Shown here one piece after another: positions 58,379 to 64,000 of a stretch of DNA of 64,000 nt. The stretch lies in contig JAHPZA010000004.1 of assembly GCA_019058445.1 (NCBI GenBank), positions 32,001-96,000 on the forward strand, in the 5' to 3' direction. How positions within the stretch are numbered: position 1 is the stretch's first letter; every line of letters begins with the position of its first letter. The position numbers were made by a program, and so were the translations under genes. The notes under the pieces were generated by a model. It was given only the letters and a program-made list of their open reading frames with translations, ran no database searches and was not told the origin of the DNA. This DNA is from Promethearchaeota archaeon. GTDB taxonomy: Archaea > Asgardarchaeota > Lokiarchaeia > Sigyniarchaeales > SOKP01.

Positions 58379-58645
58379 AGATAAGGTATTAAATAACAGT
58401 TATGAGTTATTAGGTAAAATTATTTTTAAAATCAAATGATCTTATTATCTAAATAGCTCTTTTTTCTACAGTTTGTCTTAATAAAACATATAAATTCTTT
58501 TATATATTCATCAACAATATCTATTTAAATATTCAGAAATTTTAAACGATCTTAATTAAAAGATTTTACCTAAATATTTTTATTTTTATAGCTTTTTTAC
58601 TAGAATATCATCAAAATGTGAATTAACTTAAATCCGTGATTATTT

Positions 58646-59320
58646 ATAGCATTACATGAATTAGACGATCTCTTAGACAGCGCAACAATTAAACCCACTT
58701 TTGAATATGTACATATTATCTTAGCTTTGTATATATTTAACAACAATCCGACGGGATTAGGAAGATATCGTTTAGAAAAAGAATTATCTATTGGATCTGG
58801 CACAGCTAAATCTTTAATTAAAAGGCTAAAGAAGAAAGTAAGCTTTATAACTGTATTTGAGAATAATATTAGAAAGGGACATATACTAACAAATAAAGGT
58901 CAAGAATTTTTAAACAGATTCAAAAGAAAAATACCGTTTCTCATAAAAGGTGACAGTGAGATTTTAAAAGATATAATTATTGAATCTGAAGATACATGCG
59001 TTTATATTTGCCAAGTTAAAGATAGTGCAGAAAAATTAACAAATGGAATAGCCCAGAGAGATGCAGCAATAAAAATTAATGGCAAAGGTGCAAGTTGTAT
59101 TGTGTTTAATGGAAAAGATTTCGTATTTGAACTAGAACCCTCTTCAGAAGAGGATAAGGAGCATATGCAAGTAAATGAGGACGTTCAGGATTATTTTAAG
59201 AAAATTATCATAGAAGAAAATTCACTTTTGGAGAAAAATGATGTAATTATTTTAGGATTAGGAGATAGCTCTGAAATAGCAAGATTAGCATCTTTAAATG
59301 CTGCGTTAACCTTACTTTAA
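58646..59320 (+). CDS. Winged-helix protein (DUF4443/DUF2111-like)
   Basis: GLGRYRLEKELSIGSGT and GIAQRDAAIK..G.GA motifs. The frame is open from 58640 and includes PTFEYVHIILAL, so the start probably lies upstream of TTG 58727. Confidence 0.7.
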   Translation: MALHELDDLLDSATIKPTFEYVHIILALYIFNNNPTGLGRYRLEKELSIGSGTAKSLIKRLKKKVSFITVFENNIRKGHILTNKGQEFLNRFKRKIPFLIKGDSEILKDIIIESEDTCVYICQVKDSAEKLTNGIAQRDAAIKINGKGASCIVFNGKDFVFELEPSSEEDKEHMQVNEDVQDYFKKIIIEENSLLEKNDVIILGLGDSSEIARLASLNAALTLL

Positions 59321-59342
59321 TAATATAGATAATTTAAGAAAA

Positions 59343-59822
59343 ATGAAGTTTGAAAAAGACATAATAATCATAGTATCTCAAAAGATAATGGACGATTTAA
59401 AAAATTGCGTAAACAACGCAAGTCCTAATGAAGCTTGTGGTTTAATCTTTGGGGATATAAAGGAAATTCAGGTTAGTGAAGGATTTCAATATCATTATAT
59501 TGCGCGAAAATTTGAATGTCTTGAATCAGATAAGAAATCTCCTGTTGCATTTCTTATAGAAAATATTGAAAGATTAAATAAAGTATGGCAAAATGCAGCG
59601 CAGAAATATAACTTGCGTCTGATTAGTATCTTTCATTCTCATCCGGCGGGTTCTTCTCCAAGCGGAGTAGACCATAATAATATGGTGTATTTAGATAACT
59701 GTGGCAATAGAGCATTTAAAAATCAGATTTGGACAATTATGGACGCTCATAATTTCAATTTAAATGGTTACATTTACTATCATGAAGAAATAATGGAAGT
59801 AGTTGTAGAAATTAATAAATAA
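59343..59822 (+). CDS. JAMM/MPN+ (Mov34) metalloprotease
   Basis: PNEACG and FHSHP...PS..D motifs. Confidence 0.9.
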   Translation: MKFEKDIIIIVSQKIMDDLKNCVNNASPNEACGLIFGDIKEIQVSEGFQYHYIARKFECLESDKKSPVAFLIENIERLNKVWQNAAQKYNLRLISIFHSHPAGSSPSGVDHNNMVYLDNCGNRAFKNQIWTIMDAHNFNLNGYIYYHEEIMEVVVEINK

Positions 59823-59881
59823 GTTATTACAATTGAAATATTCCTTATTTTATGTTTAATGCATCAAATATAAGAAGATTA

Positions 59882-60532
59882 TTATTGAATTTGTTTATAC
59901 CCATCCTTATCTATCGTGCAGATTTGAATTTTGAAACCTGATGCTGCATCGCGTTCGCGAGAACTGGTGATTGCAGTTTTGATTAATTCAATACCCTCAT
60001 TTACAGACATATTTGGTTTCCAATCTGCTTCTAAAACACCTAAGGAAAAAGGAGAACCAGACCCAAATGATATGAATTTATCTTCTTCATAGAGGGTTCC
60101 TAATAAATCAATACCGTAAAGCTTCCCTTTTTTTTCTTTTTCAGAGTATCCTCCAACAATCATCAATGATAGGAAGAATGAACGTCCAGAAAAAAGAATA
60201 TTCCTCGTTATATTTGCTATGTATTTAGGCTCAGGGACCTCTCCTTCTTCTACTTCCTTAAGCCGTGAAAGAGCACTAATCTGATTTACGACATATTGAC
60301 AATCCGCGACCCCCCCGCTAATAGTTGCAGCCACATACTTATTGACTTCAAATAGTTTTTGAGCTTGTTTGGTTGCAACTGTATATCCTGCTGTAGCTTG
60401 AGATTCTGTGCCTATAATCACTCCTCCATTTACAATAATCCCTACAGTAGTCGTTCCTGAGTGAATTGCTTTTAAATAATCTTTCTCATTAGTTTGAGGA
60501 TTTATATTATTTCCCATCATTCGATTTGACAC
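59882..60532 (-). CDS. psmB: Proteasome beta subunit
   Basis: Propeptide followed by SG|TTTVG. GSGS and ERDAASG motifs. Confidence 0.95.
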   Translation of the reverse strand: MSNRMMGNNINPQTNEKDYLKAIHSGTTTVGIIVNGGVIIGTESQATAGYTVATKQAQKLFEVNKYVAATISGGVADCQYVVNQISALSRLKEVEEGEVPEPKYIANITRNILFSGRSFFLSLMIVGGYSEKEKKGKLYGIDLLGTLYEEDKFISFGSGSPFSLGVLEADWKPNMSVNEGIELIKTAITSSRERDAASGFKIQICTIDKDGYKQIQ

Positions 60533-60700
60533 TTCAATCTGTTTTAATATTGGTGTTTTATTATGATATTATATTTAAAGAAAGTATTGAACTAAATATA
60601 TTTTTCTCTAATAAAAAATTATAAATGCTTCAAATTCACAAAATTTTAAAGAAATCAGATATTAATTAGAACATAATATTTTGAATTGAATTGATCAAGA

Positions 60701-61078
60701 ATGGCAAGAAGTCAGTCGAGAAGCAAAAGAAAATACACTGGTAAAAAATACAAACTTTTTCGAAAAAAAAGAAAACGAGAGCTTGAAAGACCTCCAATCA
60801 ATACTCAAATTGGCTCAGAAAAAGTTAAAACTCAACGCGTTATGGGGGGCAATAGTAAAGTCAAGCTTTTTTCTACGGATTATGTCAATTTAACCGATCC
60901 GAATACCAATAAGACTCAGAAAGTTAGGATTATGAGATTTGAAAGCAATCAAGCATCAAAAGATATTAATAGAAGGCATATTTTAACAAAAGGAGCCATA
61001 ATTGAAACTGAATTAGGAAAGGCTAGAATTACCAGTCGTCCCGGTCAACATGGCCAATTAAATGCAATTTTAATTTAA
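60701..61078 (+). CDS. rps8e: 30S ribosomal protein S8e
   Basis: RSKRKYTG...KKRKRE and TSRPGQHG motifs. Confidence 0.97.
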   Translation: MARSQSRSKRKYTGKKYKLFRKKRKRELERPPINTQIGSEKVKTQRVMGGNSKVKLFSTDYVNLTDPNTNKTQKVRIMRFESNQASKDINRRHILTKGAIIETELGKARITSRPGQHGQLNAILI

Positions 61079-61126
61079 ACAGATCTCTTCAAAATTAAAA
61101 CAGAGCTTATCCTCAATTTTTCTCTT

Positions 61127-61402
61127 TTAAAAAGGATTATCAGAACTTAAGTTCAATTCATCTGATACCTTTTCATTCTCAAACTCATACTCGTTTAAAG
61201 TAAATATACTGAAAACTAACATCAAGATGAATATTCCACTAATCAAGAAGAGTTCAAAAATCATTTCTCCAAATAAGTTAAAGGCTAATAAAACATATCC
61301 TTCTTGCCCGCCATATAAGAAGGCTACCCATATAAAAAAGGTTAAGAATCCCCATCCTGTAGATCCAAATACGCAGATAAATGTTTTTTTTGCCAAATTC
61401 AT
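61127..61402 (-). CDS. Small 2-TM membrane protein
   Basis: Two hydrophobic helices and an acidic tail. Confidence 0.55.
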   Translation of the reverse strand: MNLAKKTFICVFGSTGWGFLTFFIWVAFLYGGQEGYVLLAFNLFGEMIFELFLISGIFILMLVFSIFTLNEYEFENEKVSDELNLSSDNPF

Positions 61403-61773
61403 TTTAATTCCGTATTTTCCTAATCGTGACTTTTAGAATATTTAAATAATTCCTTCTATTACCAACTTTGGTAATCAAATTACTAATTAAATAAAATAGA
61501 AGATAAATTTATAAATTACTTGATATCATTAAAGTACGTGTTGACATGACATAAAAAAATAGTTAAAACGAATTTTTAAGAATTGGAAATTTTATCCTTT
61601 GAGTTCATTGTTCATTTGTTATTTTTGATTATTTTTTCAATTATAATAATTACAGATTGCTCAAAAAATGAATTAAACCTATTAACTTATAACTTAATTT
61701 TCAAGATTTCTTTACAAAACTTTAAATTTATCATTAAATTTGCTAAATTTAAATTCTAATTATATTATAAGAG

Positions 61774-62874
61774 TTGAAATTCAAAATTAGTAAAGAGAAT
61801 ATAAGATCTATAATGGATCAATTTAATATTTTTGTTAGAGATAATATTGTAGGATATCTAACAGTGATTTTAGTTGGAATAGGAAGACGATTGGGAATTT
61901 TCCAATATTTATATAAAAAAGCAATTTCTGAAAATATTGATAAGAAGATTGAATCTGTGTCATTTTCAGTTAGTGAATTAATAACAAAGCTTGATCTAAA
62001 TGAAAGATATTTAGATGGTTGGTTAACTGCTGCTATAGAAGTAGGACTTATTGAAATTGAAAATAACGATACAAAATTATTAAAAACTTGTCCGTATATA
62101 TATGACTTTTTTATTGATAGTAATAATCCCGTTTTTCTTGGAGCAGCTTATGGTAGTATTTATAGAATTGCCCTACAAGAAGATGATGTGTTTAAAAATT
62201 TTAAGACAGGTAAATTAATAAGTCGAGCTCAAATTCCAAAAGACATTGTTATGGAAGGCCATCGTGCAACGGCAAGAATGGGAAATACATTAGAGAATTA
62301 CTTTGCAAAACACTTTCGTCAATTTCAAAAAAATCTTAAAAAGGAGGGAAAAATTCTTGAAATAGGTTGTGGTTATGGTTATAATTTGCTAAATTGGGCG
62401 AAGAAATATAAGAAATGTGGTATAATTGGGCTTGATATAGATGAAGAAGCAGTGAATTTTACAAGGGAACAAGTTCTAAAAAATAAATTGGATGAAAGAG
62501 TTGAAGTTTTAACTATTTCTATTGAGGATTATGAAATTCCAAAGGATAAAAACAAATTTGATTTAATCCTTTTAAATGAAGTACTTCATGAAATGGAGAT
62601 GGATGATACTTTTAGAAAAAATGTTATTGATAGATTATACTTACTTCTAAAAGAGGGTGGTATCGTTCTGATTGGAGAATCTATAATAGAAGATCTATTT
62701 GATCCGAGCCGAAAACCACAATTACTTGAAGCACTACATAAATGGCAAGAAATTGGCTTGACTTCCAAGTTCTATAGCGAAAAAAGTTTCAGAGAATTAA
62801 TAGCTTTAACTTCTTTTAAAAATGTTGAATTAATCAAGGAAACGTATAATTCTTTTTGGGTACTAAAAAAATAA
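61774..62874 (+). CDS. Class I SAM-dependent methyltransferase with N-terminal winged helix
   Basis: ILEIGCGYG, GLDID, FDLI...LHE and 'LNERYLDGWL'. Confidence 0.9.
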   Translation: MKFKISKENIRSIMDQFNIFVRDNIVGYLTVILVGIGRRLGIFQYLYKKAISENIDKKIESVSFSVSELITKLDLNERYLDGWLTAAIEVGLIEIENNDTKLLKTCPYIYDFFIDSNNPVFLGAAYGSIYRIALQEDDVFKNFKTGKLISRAQIPKDIVMEGHRATARMGNTLENYFAKHFRQFQKNLKKEGKILEIGCGYGYNLLNWAKKYKKCGIIGLDIDEEAVNFTREQVLKNKLDERVEVLTISIEDYEIPKDKNKFDLILLNEVLHEMEMDDTFRKNVIDRLYLLLKEGGIVLIGESIIEDLFDPSRKPQLLEALHKWQEIGLTSKFYSEKSFRELIALTSFKNVELIKETYNSFWVLKK

Positions 62875-63006
62875 CGTATCAATTCCTTCCATTACTCAAA
62901 ATAATTAATTGATTTCATTAATAATTTAATACGTATTAAATACGTCAATTAAAAATTGATCTTTAAGCAAAATATTCAATACAAAACTTATAATCTCAGA
63001 TAAAAA

Positions 63007-63378
63007 TTATTCTTGAATTTTTATATTCTTCACATTAGCCTTTTTGCCTTCAATTACTTCAGTATTTTTACTTTCGCAATGCTGACATTGAAATAGCTCA
63101 AGTCCTTTTAAATAAGTATCTTCACTAAGAGTAACAGTAGAGATTTTTCCACATTCTCGACATTTAATTTTTCCAGGTAAAATTTCAATGACTAATTCAG
63201 CACCTTCAGCAATAGAACCATGAGTAGCCATTTTAAATGATTGTTTTAATAACTCTGGTACAATTAAGGTCAACTCTCCAATTTCTAAATATACTTCTGA
63301 AATCTTTTTCGCATTATATTTAATTGCTGTAGCTTCAGCTACTTTAAAAATATTGTAGGCAAAAGAAAATTCATGCAT
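63007..63378 (-). CDS. hypA: Hydrogenase maturation Ni chaperone HypA
   Basis: MHE N-terminus, CRECG and CQHC. Confidence 0.95.
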   Translation of the reverse strand: MHEFSFAYNIFKVAEATAIKYNAKKISEVYLEIGELTLIVPELLKQSFKMATHGSIAEGAELVIEILPGKIKCRECGKISTVTLSEDTYLKGLELFQCQHCESKNTEVIEGKKANVKNIKIQE

Positions 63379-63388
63379 AGTTTAATTT

Positions 63389-63685
63389 CTAACCTTTTCC
63401 TCGGATTTTTCTAATTTCTCTTGCAACTTCCAATAAAATTTTTGATTTTTTTTTTCCTTTCCCATCAATTACTACTCTACCGGGATTATCCCACCATGAT
63501 TTTGGGTATTTGAAACTGCCCTCTACATCCGCTTTATATCCTAATCTCTTAGCCGCGGTAGCAATTTCTTTGGTGGTCACTTTTTCTATGGCAAAATTTT
63601 TGGGAAGCTTCCTTCCTTCTGACCTACTTCTCTTACTATCAAAATACTGAGGCCAAAAAATCAGAAAAGGTTTTCTCGATCTCAT
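63389..63685 (-). CDS. srp19: Signal recognition particle 19 kDa protein
   Basis: WPQYFDSKRSRSEGRK, YPKSW and GRV motifs. Confidence 0.95.
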   Translation of the reverse strand: MRSRKPFLIFWPQYFDSKRSRSEGRKLPKNFAIEKVTTKEIATAAKRLGYKADVEGSFKYPKSWWDNPGRVVIDGKGKKKSKILLEVAREIRKIRGKG

Positions 63686-63833
63686 AAAAAGTTGCTTAAA
63701 GTTATTACTAATAACATAAAAAACTCTTTAAAGAATTTAAAAATTATTAGTATGAATTATAAAACTTTGATTTTGGAATAATTTCAAGATTCTAAATTAG
63801 AAAATAGAAAAAAATGATTAATTTTACTTCATT

Positions 63834-64000
63834 TTAATTTCTCGATAGTATCTGAGTAATTTTTTGAAGGTATTCCAACGAGTTAATTTTATTATTACTT
63901 AAATCATCATAAATCTGCTGTAATTCTTCTAAATTATTTTTAATACGATCAAAGAATTCCTTAGAGTCTATCAAGTTGTTTATTGTATTTCTGATTTTAA
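63834..64000 (-). CDS. 3' end of a gene entering from the right edge (partial)
   Basis: Open frame KIRNTINNLIDSKEFFDRIKNNLEELQQIYDDL...ILSRN* ending at the stop 63834-63836. Confidence 0.6.
   Translation of the reverse strand, partial: KIRNTINNLIDSKEFFDRIKNNLEELQQIYDDLSNNKINSLEYLQKITQILSRN

Noticed and set aside
63-62768. Numerous 60-126 aa ORFs antisense to or nested in long genes (e.g. 2804-3169, 20194-20574, 44445-44726, 55172-55402)
   Set aside because: They are shadows of well-supported genes, with no RBS or recognisable motifs.
61403-64000. SRP (7S) RNA or tRNA near srp19/rps8e
   Set aside because: The intergenic stretches are very AT-rich with no GC-rich structured segment.

Overview
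AT-rich, gene-dense archaeal chromosome segment. It encodes an archaeal histone, proteasome beta subunit, Rps8e, SRP19 and a Hef helicase. Longin-like, UEV-like and PCI-like domains, frequent TTG starts and GAGGTG ribosome-binding sites suggest an Asgard archaeon, probably Lokiarchaeia (inference). In order, the window holds: (1) an unusual six-gene ABC-2 exporter operon, including a prenyltransferase-repeat/ATPase fusion, a UEV-like/dead-ATPase fusion and a longin-membrane protein; (2) a flavin/Fe-S redox and lipid-catabolic island; (3) leuA; (4) a giant coiled-coil/PCI membrane protein; (5) a SWIM/MoxR/DUF5682/VWA module; (6) a PrsW-like protease facing a secreted, membrane-anchored caspase-family protein; (7) a histone; (8) a tnpB-only IS200/IS605 element; (9) housekeeping genes. 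The most striking unannotated feature is a 37-codon leucine-rich leader ORF (26346-26459, 13 of its last 16 codons Leu). It is followed directly by a long switchable hairpin, just upstream of 2-isopropylmalate synthase. This looks like ribosome-mediated leucine attenuation in an archaeon. All domain calls are by eye; no searches or folding programs were run.
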